Shown here: positions 9,745 through 19,666 of the stretch, piece by piece
Position numbering within the stretch: position 1 is the stretch's first letter
Layout: the number at the start of each line of letters is the position of its first letter
NCBI GenBank assembly: GCA_965223905.1
Contig: CBDCXV010000001.1
Location: forward strand, 1,184,001-1,248,000
Length of the DNA stretch: 64,000 nt
Origin: Candidatus Latescibacterota bacterium
GTDB lineage: Bacteria; Latescibacterota; UBA2968; UBA8231
Direction: 5' to 3'
Made by a program: the position numbers and the translations under genes
The notes under the pieces: model-generated
Seen by the model: the letters and a program-made list of their open reading frames with translations, nothing else
The model's database searches: none
Told to the model about the DNA's origin: nothing

Positions 9745-10065
9745 TTATATCACTTTGGTTTCCCACTCGGCATAAAGTGCGTCTCTATGCTGAAGCACTA
9801 GACCTACCAGTTTCCTCCGCTCTTTGCTCGAAGGGCCTGATCCCGAAGGGGGAAACTTCACATTAAAAGCTAGATTCTTGGATTTACACGTACCAAAAAA
9901 GACGCGTATCTCCCATTTGTCCGGTTTGCGAGCGTGAAAATGAGGAGGTTCGTGATCTGAGGAATTGAACCATAATTCTACCCCTGCCAATTGAAAGCAT
10001 TCCAACTTTCCCAAAAGATGGCTCCTCGCTTCTTTCTTCCAAAGAACATATCCAAAACCGGACAA
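9745..10065 (-). CDS. DUF4160 domain protein (putative toxin partner of DUF2442)
   Basis: 'WFNSSDHEPPHFHA' and C-terminal 'LYAEW'; directly upstream of the DUF2442 gene. Confidence 0.8.
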   Translation of the reverse strand: MSGFGYVLWKKEARSHLLGKLECFQLAGVELWFNSSDHEPPHFHARKPDKWEIRVFFGTCKSKNLAFNVKFPPSGSGPSSKERRKLVGLVLQHRDALYAEWETKVI

Positions 10066-10332
10066 TTAATCAATCGTATACAAATTAACAATGTCCGCCA
10101 TCTGGCTGCAATGATTTCGCTTGATGGTAGCAGATCGGATGCCATTATAGTCGTTGATTCTCAGGTCTATCGTTCAGTCCAGGACCATGCCGCCGCTGAC
10201 GTTTATCGTCTGCCCGGTGACGTTGCGCGCCTCATCGGAGGCGAGGAAGGCGACCATGTTGCCGATGTCCTCGGGCGACTGCTCGCGCTGCATCGGCGTC
10301 GAGTTGGCGATGAACAGGTCGAACACCTCGCG

Positions 10333-11909
10333 GGGGCGTCTTAAGTAATTGTTATAGCGCAATTCAGGTGCGTATGTGTATATTTTACAGTAAGTTGCTT
10401 TCTTTTTCCGCATCCCCTGCGGCGCGCTCCCCTGATTTCAGAAAGAAGGGGAGCGATGAGTGCGATTCTCTCTCTGGAAGTTTTTCAGGAGCGGCAGAGT
10501 CAGGACCGCTTTCGAAGCCGGGCGCATGAAGCCTTGGACCAATGGCTGGATCGGGTGGAGACGCAAATGAGCGCGCGCGGATCTTGTGCGCCGACGTTGC
10601 TGGAGATCACCGCGGCGATGTCTCAAGAGCGCTCCGGGCTCACCGCGGCCTTGGTGGAAGCCTTCGTCGAACGCCGCCACGGCCATTTCCTGGCCCAGGA
10701 AGAGGCGGCCTGCCCCAAGTGCAAAGGCCTGCTGCGAGCGCGCCCGTCTCGCTCGCGCACGGTGGAGACGCTGCTCGGGCCGGTGACCTTGGAGCGTCCC
10801 TATTTCTACTGCGTTGGCTGTCACCACGGGTTCTATCCGCTGGACGAGGCCCTGGGCCTGTCGGCGCAGCGCAAGCAGTGGGACGTGCAGCAGGCCGGGG
10901 TCAAGCTGGGGCTGGAGATGCCCCACCGGCGCGCCGCCGAACTGTTGGACGAGCTCACCGACGCGTCGATGAGCGATTGTGTGATTCACGAGGTGCTGCA
11001 ACAGACCGGGTCGTTGGACGTGCTGCAGGTGTGTCCGGACGCGGCCGATATCCAGGATCGCATTGCGCAAGCCGCCGCCGGTCGCAAGTGGCGGCCGATC
11101 GTGGTGTTGGCCATCGACGCGGCCGACGTGCCCAGTCGTCCCCAGACCGCCAAAGGCACCCGTCCCGGACGCAAGAAGAGCCGGGCTCGGCGAAGGCGTT
11201 GGCAGGGGGAATACCACGAAGCCAAGGGCTTTCGCTTCTACCTGATAGACGATGAGCGCATCGAGCAGCTGATCTCCTGGCACCAGATGGGCAACGAACA
11301 GGCCTTCGGCGCGGCCTTGCGCCAGGTCAAGGAGGCGGGGCTGATCCCGGAGGATCAGGTGCGCTTGTGTGCCATCGGAGATGGCGCTCCGTGGATCTGG
11401 AAGTGGGTGGAAGAGCTGTTCCCGAGCGCCCGTCAGATCCTCGACTACTACCATTGCAGCAGCTACCTGCACGCGGTGGCCGAGGCCCAATACGGCGCCG
11501 ATGCGGCGCGTGCTGCCCATTGGCTGGAAGCGACCCTGGCGCGCCTGTTCTGCGGCGAGGGCAGCGGCGTGGTCTGGGGTCTGCAGCGCATGCAGCCGCT
11601 CTCGGAAGAGGCCGGAGAGGCCATCGGCACGGCCTTGACCTACCTGCAAAAGCGACTGCACCAGGTCGATTTCGGCAGCCATCGCAAGGGCGGATACCCG
11701 ATCGGGTCGGGGGCGATCGAATCGGCGCATCGCTTCATCGGCCACGTTCGTCTGAAACGGTCGGGCGCTTGGTGGTATAAGGAAAACAGCAACGCCATTC
11801 TGGCCCTGCGCTGCGCCTTGTACAATGGAACGCTTGACCGGGTCTTTCAGCAGTACCGAGAAAACCTAAAAACAACCACCGAAACCGTAACAATCAGCTA
11901 AGACACCCC
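10333..11909 (+). mobile_element. ISKra4-family insertion sequence, apparently intact
   Basis: Imperfect TIRs GGGGCGTCTTAAGTAATTGTTA / GGGGTGTCTTAGCTGATTGTTA; 6-bp TSD CTCGCG at 10327-10332 and 11910-11915. Confidence 0.92.
10456..11901 (+). CDS. ISKra4-family DDE transposase (UPF0236-like)
   Basis: 'GDGAPWIW', 'ILDYYH' and 'GYPIGSGAIESA...RLKRSGAWW'. Confidence 0.9.
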   Translation: MSAILSLEVFQERQSQDRFRSRAHEALDQWLDRVETQMSARGSCAPTLLEITAAMSQERSGLTAALVEAFVERRHGHFLAQEEAACPKCKGLLRARPSRSRTVETLLGPVTLERPYFYCVGCHHGFYPLDEALGLSAQRKQWDVQQAGVKLGLEMPHRRAAELLDELTDASMSDCVIHEVLQQTGSLDVLQVCPDAADIQDRIAQAAAGRKWRPIVVLAIDAADVPSRPQTAKGTRPGRKKSRARRRRWQGEYHEAKGFRFYLIDDERIEQLISWHQMGNEQAFGAALRQVKEAGLIPEDQVRLCAIGDGAPWIWKWVEELFPSARQILDYYHCSSYLHAVAEAQYGADAARAAHWLEATLARLFCGEGSGVVWGLQRMQPLSEEAGEAIGTALTYLQKRLHQVDFGSHRKGGYPIGSGAIESAHRFIGHVRLKRSGAWWYKENSNAILALRCALYNGTLDRVFQQYRENLKTTTETVTIS

Positions 11910-12584
11910 CTCGCGGGCGCTCTTGCCGGCATAGGCGGGATCCACCTCGGCGAGCTTCGGCGCCAGGGTGTGCCAGAAGTTGGTCCACACGAACCCGGGA
12001 CAGACGGCGTTGACGGTGATGTTGTGCGGTCCCAGGTCCTTGGCGGTCAGCCGCGTCAGGCTGAGCATGGCGTTCTTGGCCGCGGCGTAGGTCGGCAGGA
12101 AAGTCGGGTCGCGTCTGGCCGCGGCGGAAGAGATGTTGACGATCTTGCCGTAGCGGCGCTCGATCATGTGCGGGGCGAGCGCCTTGCAGAGGAAGAAGGG
12201 GCCCTTGACGTGCACGTCGTAGTTGCTGTCCCACTCCTCGCCGGTGAAGTTGGTGAACGGGGCGCCGACGATGCTGCCGAAGTGGCCGGCGTTGTTGACG
12301 AGAATGTCGATATGGCCCAAGCGCTCGATGGCCTGGGCAACGAGGTCCTGGCAGGCGGATTCATCCGTTATGTCGGCGTCGATGGCGATCGCGGTGGCCC
12401 CATCGCTCTCGAGTTTGTCCGCGGTGGCCTGCGCCCTGTCGGCGTCGATGTCGGTTGCCGCGATGGCCGCCCCTTCGCGCGCCAGGCAGTTCGAAATGCC
12501 GAGGCCCATGCCGCCCCCGGCGCCGGTGACGATGGCGGTCCTGTCTTTCAGTCGCATGCTGGTCTCCCTTGGATATTTTCGGTA

Positions 12585-13634
12585 TCAGGCCAACTCGGAA
12601 GGCAGGTCGAGTCCGAAGCGGGCGGCCGCGGCCCGCAGCTTGGCCACGGTGCCTGCGGGTAGCGGTATGCCGCGGGCAGATCTCTCTTCGAACGCTTCCT
12701 GCTCGAGGTCGCCGGGCACCTTGAGCGGACCGGCGCCCTCGTGGGTCGGCAGTCCGGCCATGGTGGCGGCGAGCTGGTCGACGTCGTCGCGGAAGGCGTC
12801 GAGGTCGGTGAAGGTGGCGATGTCGATGGCGGCGACGAAGCTGTTCTGCGTTCCCCAGCCGACGTCCCCGCCGTGCAGCCACGGCGTCAGCAGCGGGTTG
12901 CCGGACATCAGGCTCGACATGCACTCGAACAGCAGCGCCAGGCCGTACCCCTTGTAGCCTGCGGCGGGGCGGACGAACGCGGCCCTGGCCGGGTCGGTGG
13001 TGACGTTGCCGTCCTCGTCGAGGGCCCAGTCGTCGGGAATCGCCAGTCCCTTGTCGAGGGCCACGCCGACCTTGCCGTGGGCGACGACACTGGTGGCCAT
13101 GTCGAGGCTGATCGGGACGCGGTTGCGCCCCGGGGCGGCGATGGCGATCGGGCTGTTGTGGGTGCCCCCTGTCTTCGCCCCCGGCGGCGCCATGTTGGCC
13201 GGACAGCTGGTCACCACGGCGATGCCGACCAGTCCCTGCGCCGCCGCCAGGTGGGTGTAGTACGCCATGCAGCCCTGGTGGCGGGTGTTGCGGATGAGGC
13301 TCCAGCCGATGCCGACGTCGCGCGCCTTGGCGATCGCCTTGTTCATCGCCGGCACCGTGACGACCGGCCCGAAGGCGTGGTCGGCCTCCATCAGCAGGAT
13401 CGCCGCGGTCTCCTTTTCGATCCGCACGTTCGGCCGCGGGCGCACGTACCCCTTGTCGACCCAGTCGATGTAGGCCTCGACGAGCTGCACGCCGTGCGAG
13501 TCGACGCCGCGCATGTTGCTCCACACCAGGACCTCGGCCTCGAGGGCCGCGTCTTCGTCCGGCATTCCCAGGGCGGCGAATATCCGCGTCGCAAACTCCT
13601 GCAGCCGCCCTTCTTCGATCCGCACTTCACTCAT
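12585..13634 (-). CDS. Ldh_2-family (malate/L-lactate/ureidoglycolate dehydrogenase-like) oxidoreductase
   Basis: 'RGVDSHG', 'THNSPIAIAAP', 'LDMATS' and 'GYKGYGLAL'. Confidence 0.9.
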   Translation of the reverse strand: MSEVRIEEGRLQEFATRIFAALGMPDEDAALEAEVLVWSNMRGVDSHGVQLVEAYIDWVDKGYVRPRPNVRIEKETAAILLMEADHAFGPVVTVPAMNKAIAKARDVGIGWSLIRNTRHQGCMAYYTHLAAAQGLVGIAVVTSCPANMAPPGAKTGGTHNSPIAIAAPGRNRVPISLDMATSVVAHGKVGVALDKGLAIPDDWALDEDGNVTTDPARAAFVRPAAGYKGYGLALLFECMSSLMSGNPLLTPWLHGGDVGWGTQNSFVAAIDIATFTDLDAFRDDVDQLAATMAGLPTHEGAGPLKVPGDLEQEAFEERSARGIPLPAGTVAKLRAAAARFGLDLPSELA

Positions 13635-13755
13635 GTCGTCTAGACCTTGTGCATTGACCAAGTAGAGAGGATCTCCTCCGATCTCGATGTTCGCGAGTTA
13701 GCTTCGGTACGAAACACCGCACCCAAGACAGAGCACGCCACGAGAAGGAGGAGGC

Positions 13756-14640
13756 ATGCCGAAGTCTACGAAATTTGTGTCGCTGGAACAGCATAGGGAT
13801 TCGATCGCCGTTGCTGGGAAGACTTCAAATACGCCAAACGCCGGGCGCGGCAGCGGCTCAACTCGTTCCTGTTGCGTCAGGGCCGGGTTTACTCGTGCAG
13901 TCGGTGAACGCAGGCCCATTTCCGCTGGCTGGAGACCTAAAGCTTCGGTCATCCGGCGCAACAGATCGCCTTCCAGGAGTATGGGGACGCAGTGGGAGGA
14001 GGCGACGCGAACGGTGAAGACCCTGGAAGAGGACATGGCGCAGGCGCTGGAGGGCTGGTCTTTGGAACCGGTGGTGCGCGCCCTGATGGCGTTGCGGGGC
14101 GTCGAGCGGGTGGTAGCCATGGCGTCATGGCAGAGCTGGGCGAAATCACGCGTTTCAGCCGTCGCAGTTGATGGCCTCTATCGGTCAAGTGCCCAGTGAG
14201 CATTCCAGCGGTCACACGCGTCGGCAAAACGGGCAACGGCCATGTGCGACGGGTGCTGACGCAGGCGGCTTGGTGCTACCGCTTCCCGGCGCGCAAGACG
14301 TCGCATCTGCAACGGCGTGCCGAGCAGAGCCGCGAAGGAAGAGACGCTCGCGCCACACGAGGTGAGCGAAGATGTTGTCCATGATGACGACAGGCACCCT
14401 GAGACGGGAAAAACCGGGCACTCTGGAAACGCGTCAGCGTAGCCAGAAAGACGGCCAGGGCTCCGACGTTCAAGACACCGATGCCTATGCGCAGACTGGA
14501 CCAGTTGACGGGAATCCGCAGGACGAGAAGGGCGACTGACTACGCCGGGAAGACCAGCAGTCACGGCGGTAAACAGGAGGAGAGTCACGGATGGATATCA
14601 GTTCGAGAGTTCTGTCTCTGCCATCCGGATAACCCATTGC
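13756..14640 (+). mobile_element. IS110-family element, degenerate (frameshifted transposase fragments plus 3' non-coding end)
   Basis: Fragments 'FVSLEQHRDSIAVA', 'VVRALMALRGV', 'PSEHSSG' and 'KTGNGHVRRVLTQAAWCYRFPAR' lie in different frames. Confidence 0.75.
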
Positions 14641-14710
14641 GCCCTTTTCTTGTGTCGGATTTCAGGCTCGGTCTGTTCGTCAGAAAATTAAAGTTCGCAG
14701 TTTGATCGCC

Positions 14711-16465
14711 TCAACGGCGAAACGGCGTACTCTTTTGCAGCCCAGACCCCTCGAGAAGGAAGTGATAGGCGCCCGCTTCGAGCCCTTCTACCTCCTCAAC
14801 CATACCGCTCGGCCAGCGGATCGTAGCGCGGGCTCTGGCGCTGCCTCCGGGTAACCCCACACGGACACGCGGGTCCTGGCTCGCGAGATAGGAAGCGCCG
14901 GCGTGGACCTCCCGAAGCACTGTTCGCCCCGCGGCCTCGATCAGGACTCGCGCTCCGTAAGCATTGCGATTCGATTGCGGAGGAGACCCCTCCAGCCGCA
15001 GGCCGAGGGCGGGGTGGTCCTGCCCCACCATGTTCTCGAGGAGCAACGCCTCGGCGCCGTTGTTGTTGATGATGACGTCATCGTCGCCGTCACCGTCGAT
15101 ATCCGCCGCGGCTAGTCCGCGCCCGGCTCGGCGAGGGAGCAGGCGTCGCCCCCCCTGGGCGGCCAGAATCTCCTGATAGCGTCCGCCGATGTTTTCGAAG
15201 AGCAGGTCGTCCTGCTCAAAGGAGCTGCTCTCCGTGATGAGGTGGATGTTGTCGACAATGTGGCCGTTGGTGGCGACGAGATCGAGGTCGCTGTCGAGAT
15301 CGAAGTCGAGGAAACAGGTGCCGAATCCGACGTAGGCGAGGGTGGCGGCACCCAGGCCGGTCCCATAGCTGACCTCCATGACCGCGGTCCCTTCATCATT
15401 TCGGTAGAGGGAGTTGGTTTGGGCGTCGAGGTTGGTCACCGTGATATCGAGATCGAGGTCGCCGTCAAAGTCGCCCATGTCCGTTCCCATCCCCGCCTCG
15501 GCTCTGGCGCCGTAGCCGTAGGCGGCGCCGTAGTAAAGGGCCTCCTCGGTGAAGTGGATTCGCCCTTCTTCGCGGTGGTTGATATAGAGGAAGTTGGGGG
15601 TCCCGTCGTTGGCCACGTAGAGATCGGGATCACCGTCGCCCTCGAAATCTCCGGCGACGACGCCCAGGCCCTTGCCAGAGCAATCGGTGATGCCCACCTC
15701 CTCGGCGACCTCGGTGAACCTCCCGGTGCCGTCGTTCCGCAGCAACTGATCGCAGAGACCCCCATAGGCTTGCGGTCCGCAGTAGACCAAAAGACCCGCC
15801 CGCCTCCAGGGGATGGAGGTGGCTGGGTCGAAATCGACGTAGCTGGCGACATAGAGATCCAGGTCCCCATCGAGATCGAAGTCGAAGAAGACGGCGGAGG
15901 TGGACCACTGGGGAAGGTCGATCCCCGCCCACTCCGTGATGTCCTCGAAGGTGCCGTCCCGGCGGTTGCGGAAGAGACGGTCTGCTCCGTAGTTGCTCAG
16001 GAAGAGATCGGAGTCCCCGTCGTTGTCGATATCCCCCACGGCGATTCCCATTCCATATCCTTCGTCGCCGAGCCCGACCGCAGCGGTAACCTCCTCGAAG
16101 TTGCCATGTCCGTCGTTTTGGAAGAATCGATTGCGAGGGGGGTCTGGGGGAGGAGGGGTGCCGGGAAGGGGGGCGCCGTTCAGGAGATAGAGGTCGTAGT
16201 CTCCATCCTGCCCATGATCGAGAAAACCGGCTCCCGAACCCATGATCTCCACGATGTAGCGGTTCCCCGTGAATCCCGTGAAGTGCTGGAAGTCGATGCC
16301 CCGCTCTTCGGTGACGTCGCGAAACGGGAGCTCGGCTTCGGTCGTCGCGGCGGAAGGAGCTCGTTCGGAGTCGGCGGAACGCTCCGCGATCGCCGCGCAG
16401 TTGCACCACGCGCCTACCGCCACGAAGAAGACGACGACGAAGGCCGGCGTCCGTCCCGAACTCAT
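14711..16465 (-). CDS. CRTAC1-family FG-GAP repeat protein with ASPIC/UnbV domain
   Basis: Signal peptide; repeated DxDxDGDxDL motifs; 'GMG' motifs; C-terminal 'SNRNAYGARV...SYLASQD...IRWPSG'. Confidence 0.9.
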   Translation of the reverse strand: MSSGRTPAFVVVFFVAVGAWCNCAAIAERSADSERAPSAATTEAELPFRDVTEERGIDFQHFTGFTGNRYIVEIMGSGAGFLDHGQDGDYDLYLLNGAPLPGTPPPPDPPRNRFFQNDGHGNFEEVTAAVGLGDEGYGMGIAVGDIDNDGDSDLFLSNYGADRLFRNRRDGTFEDITEWAGIDLPQWSTSAVFFDFDLDGDLDLYVASYVDFDPATSIPWRRAGLLVYCGPQAYGGLCDQLLRNDGTGRFTEVAEEVGITDCSGKGLGVVAGDFEGDGDPDLYVANDGTPNFLYINHREEGRIHFTEEALYYGAAYGYGARAEAGMGTDMGDFDGDLDLDITVTNLDAQTNSLYRNDEGTAVMEVSYGTGLGAATLAYVGFGTCFLDFDLDSDLDLVATNGHIVDNIHLITESSSFEQDDLLFENIGGRYQEILAAQGGRRLLPRRAGRGLAAADIDGDGDDDVIINNNGAEALLLENMVGQDHPALGLRLEGSPPQSNRNAYGARVLIEAAGRTVLREVHAGASYLASQDPRVRVGLPGGSARARATIRWPSGMVEEVEGLEAGAYHFLLEGSGLQKSTPFRR

Positions 16466-17559
16466 TCCTCCTCCACGGCCTCTCTCTGCGCCAGCTCGCT
16501 CCTGAAGCGATCCGCAACCTCCCGTGCGCGTTCGTGTTCACCCAAGTGGCGGAGCGTGATTCCCAGCGCCCGGAGTGAAGGAGGGTGCGCAGGGGAGATC
16601 CTCAGCGACTCTTCCAGGTGTTTCTTGGCGAGGGGATGGTCACCGAGCTGTTGAGCGACGAGCCCTCGCTGCAGATGGGCCTCGGTGCGGTTGCGGGGCC
16701 CGACTTCGTCACCCTTTGCCAGCAACTCATCGAGCGTTCCTGATGCGCGTTCGAACTCGCCGAGTCGATAGAGCAGTACCCCCAGCTTGAGCAGCACAGA
16801 ATCGTCCTCAGGTCTGAGCTCGACCCCCATCTCCAAGGCCTTGCGCGCGTCCTCGAGCGCGTTGGCCGCCAGCGCGTACTCGACGATTTTGTCGAGGGTG
16901 TGCATGTGTCGCTCGTCGGGTGGATAGAGCTCGAGCAGCTCGTAGTAGCCCCACAGCGCGCGCCGGGCAACCTCGGTCCTGGCGCCGAGATAAAGTGCCT
17001 CGGCGAAGGACATCCAGTTCGAGTGGTTCCCGGGCTCCAGCCCCACGGCCTCCCGCAGATCCCGCCGAGCCGCTTCGTAGTTCCTCACCTGCAGATGCGC
17101 GTATCCGCGCAGTTTATAGAGAATTACCTTTTCCGGGGCCTTTTCGATGGCCCAGGAAAATCGCTTGATGGCGTCATCGAATTTACGTTCGCGCAAGAGG
17201 GCGTATCCGATGGCGTGATCGAGACCGGAATCGAGCGGCGACGGGCTCAACACTTCCGCGGCAAGGAGGACGTTCTTGGCGTGCTCGAACGCTTCCCGGG
17301 TTTCCGGTTTGTTTGCGTCCTTCTTCTCCAGCTGCTGGGCCTGGTTGAAGAGGATCTGACCGAGCAAGTAGGCCAGCCGATGATCCTCCGTGCCCTGCAT
17401 CCCGGCCTGGCACACCTCGGCCGCCTCGGCGAGTTGCCCTTTTTGGAAGAGCTCTTGCGCCCGAGCGTAATGGTCTGGGACCTGTTGTCGAGCCCGGATC
17501 TCGGATCCTGTACCGAGGAGGACGAGAGGAACTGCGATGGAAAGCACACAATGAATCAT
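16462..17559 (-). CDS. Tetratricopeptide-repeat protein, secreted
   Basis: Signal peptide and multiple TPR-like helix pairs; overlaps the CRTAC1 start (ATGA). Confidence 0.85.
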   Translation of the reverse strand: MIHCVLSIAVPLVLLGTGSEIRARQQVPDHYARAQELFQKGQLAEAAEVCQAGMQGTEDHRLAYLLGQILFNQAQQLEKKDANKPETREAFEHAKNVLLAAEVLSPSPLDSGLDHAIGYALLRERKFDDAIKRFSWAIEKAPEKVILYKLRGYAHLQVRNYEAARRDLREAVGLEPGNHSNWMSFAEALYLGARTEVARRALWGYYELLELYPPDERHMHTLDKIVEYALAANALEDARKALEMGVELRPEDDSVLLKLGVLLYRLGEFERASGTLDELLAKGDEVGPRNRTEAHLQRGLVAQQLGDHPLAKKHLEESLRISPAHPPSLRALGITLRHLGEHERAREVADRFRSELAQREAVEEE

Positions 17560-17815
17560 TTGAACCTCTTTCCATCCCATTCGGACTCTCTTCAACTGAG
17601 TGGCTCCTCTGACGGGGCGACTCCGGAGTTGAGCGCTCTGCCTGTGAATCTCGAGCGGGAGTTTAGTAGGTTGGGACAATCCGCTTTCAGCTTCAAGGGG
17701 CTCACCGTGGGCACAGCTCTATGTGGTGCCATCGGCACCATCGCCCCTCCGGCGTCGCGGAACGCTCGATACAGCCAGTGGTCGCGTCACCACGATCACT
17801 AGGCCCTCGTGAAAG

Positions 17816-18015
17816 GTAACCATTCAGTTCCGCATGGGTCGTTGAGCGAATTTGAAAATGAGCTGTTCTTTTTGGGCGTTCGCTGGACCACGGCCTGTCA
17901 AGCCGCCCTACCAGCCAGCTCCTTCGCTCCTGCCCCAAGTCAACCCAAACCTCACGGTAGTTCCAACGCCCCGCACTCTTTTCTGGCCCTATCACCCAGG
18001 GATCTGAACGGTTAC
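17816..18015. mobile_element. 200-bp IS66-derived MITE
   Basis: TIRs GTAACCATTCAGTTCC / GTAACCGTTCAGATCC; exact 8-bp TSD CGTGAAAG at 17808-17815 and 18016-18023; internal PAPSLLP remnant of the TnpC end. Confidence 0.85.
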
Positions 18016-18183
18016 CGTGAAAGGGCTCGCGGCAAGGCAAGGCCTGTAGGCGTGGTCTCACATACATTTGTTTGCGGGCGACGATGGTCCAAAAACCGCA
18101 AATCGTGCGGAAGTTTGCCACGGGTTCACTGGGCGCCACCCCAATAGGAGCGTGCTGGTGTCAGCCTCCAGGTCAACCGAGCC

Positions 18184-19059
18184 ATGAGAAGGACAACGGT
18201 CTTCGCCGTAATCGCTGGTTTGGCGGTGCTGATGTTGTCGGTCCAATACGGATACTCCAGATGGGACTATGCGCGATTCCAGCGGGGATTACAAGCGCGA
18301 ATGGATGCGCTCACGGCAGTCCACCAGGAGCGCCTCGACGACGCACCGCGAATCGCCCGCGAGCGCATCGCCTACGCCGCACACATGGACGAATGGGAGA
18401 GGCGCACGGCACACGACCCCGAACTCGCGTCGACGGCAAGAGAGAAAACCCTGGTGCGCATGCAGGCGCTGGCTCAGAGCGGTCTCACCGCTGTCGAGCG
18501 CCTGAAAGAGATCGCGACACTCGCCTCGCCTCGCCAGTCAAACGTCAAGGTCCGCGGCGCGCCGGGTCAGTATCGCGTGCACGTAACCTTCAACCTGACC
18601 GAGTTGACCTCTGGCGAACAAGGTTCGGCTACGAAACACAAGAGCGTTGCATCCCTGAAACGCGAAGTCGTAAGCACCATCTGCAGGATCATGAGGGATC
18701 TCTACAGACATTGCGGAACGCAGGATCTGCGCGACGTCACTGTGGGCTGTCAGCGAGGGGTATTGGCCAGGGAGCTCGACCAGGACAAGCTGCGCCGTTC
18801 GGGCATGACGATGAAGGAGCTGGCCCAGCGTCTTCAAAACGCCAGCCCAATCTCACGGGAACGGCTGATGCAAAGCGTCACAACGGAACGACTGACGACG
18901 ATGACGATCTACCGAGCTGCTCTGGATCGGAGAGCAACGAGGAGAATCGGAGATTGGCAGAGCGCGCAGCTCCACGAGATAGAACTCATCCTCAGCCGGG
19001 TTGAGGATGAGTTTCCCAATATGAAGCTCGTGGTCCGTTCGGATTCGAGCTCCCCGTAG
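18184..19059 (+). CDS. Hypothetical membrane-anchored protein
   Basis: N-terminal TM/signal segment, then a coiled-coil, then an alpha/beta domain. Confidence 0.7.
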   Translation: MRRTTVFAVIAGLAVLMLSVQYGYSRWDYARFQRGLQARMDALTAVHQERLDDAPRIARERIAYAAHMDEWERRTAHDPELASTAREKTLVRMQALAQSGLTAVERLKEIATLASPRQSNVKVRGAPGQYRVHVTFNLTELTSGEQGSATKHKSVASLKREVVSTICRIMRDLYRHCGTQDLRDVTVGCQRGVLARELDQDKLRRSGMTMKELAQRLQNASPISRERLMQSVTTERLTTMTIYRAALDRRATRRIGDWQSAQLHEIELILSRVEDEFPNMKLVVRSDSSSP

Positions 19060-19087
19060 TTTCTGATCACAAGAGAGTCCCGCTCGC

Positions 19088-19645
19088 ATGAAAGATGCCG
19101 AACGCGACGATTTCATTCAGAGACTGATCTGGGGCGCAGTCATCCTGCTCGCCAGTTCCGGACTCGGATACCTCGTGTTCATACAGCCTGCCGAGCTGGA
19201 GAAGGAAGCGGCGCTACTGAAACACGAACAGCGAGAAGCCGACCTCGCAGTTCAATGGGAGTTGCAGCGCTGGGGAAAGCTCGGGGAAGGCGACGTGATC
19301 AAGGGCATAGCCAGCGATCCCGAGCTCGACATAACCGAGATGCTGGAACGAGCTGCGTCCTTTGCCATGCCCGAGAACTGTGAAGTGAAGGTTATCCGTG
19401 ACAGCTTCACCGAAATCGATGTTCACGTCACGGCCAGGAAAAAGATCGGCAAGGACCAACTCGTCGCGGCCACCATGAGATTCATGCCGCGCTGCTGGTT
19501 GTTCGTCAACTCGGTATCCTATGAGGCGCCGGATGGAACACTGATGGTACTCGGCAGACGCGAGATCGAAGGCGTACGCGATTGGCACAGTATAGACCAA
19601 GACCGGTTGAGTCGGATGTTCACCACCGTAGCTCGTACCTACTGA
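19088..19645 (+). CDS. Hypothetical membrane-anchored protein, likely paralogue of the upstream gene
   Basis: TM 'LIWGAVILLASSGLGYLVFI', coiled-coil and a shared 'DWxS' tail motif. Confidence 0.7.
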   Translation: MKDAERDDFIQRLIWGAVILLASSGLGYLVFIQPAELEKEAALLKHEQREADLAVQWELQRWGKLGEGDVIKGIASDPELDITEMLERAASFAMPENCEVKVIRDSFTEIDVHVTARKKIGKDQLVAATMRFMPRCWLFVNSVSYEAPDGTLMVLGRREIEGVRDWHSIDQDRLSRMFTTVARTY

Positions 19646-19666
19646 AATACTGAACGCGTGGGTCGC

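Larger units (their letters stand above)
10174..12557 (-). pseudogene. SDR-family oxidoreductase interrupted by ISKra4
   Basis: 5' part 11910-12557 has TGAGGGMG, NNAG and YAAAK; 3' part 10174-10332 reads EVFDLFIANSTPMQREQSPEDIG...TGQTINVSGG. Removing the IS and one TSD restores ...KSAREVFD... Confidence 0.92.

Noticed and set aside
14440-14640. Functional IS110 bridge/seek RNA
   Set aside because: The position is plausible, but the element is heavily degraded and I cannot identify target or donor loops by eye.
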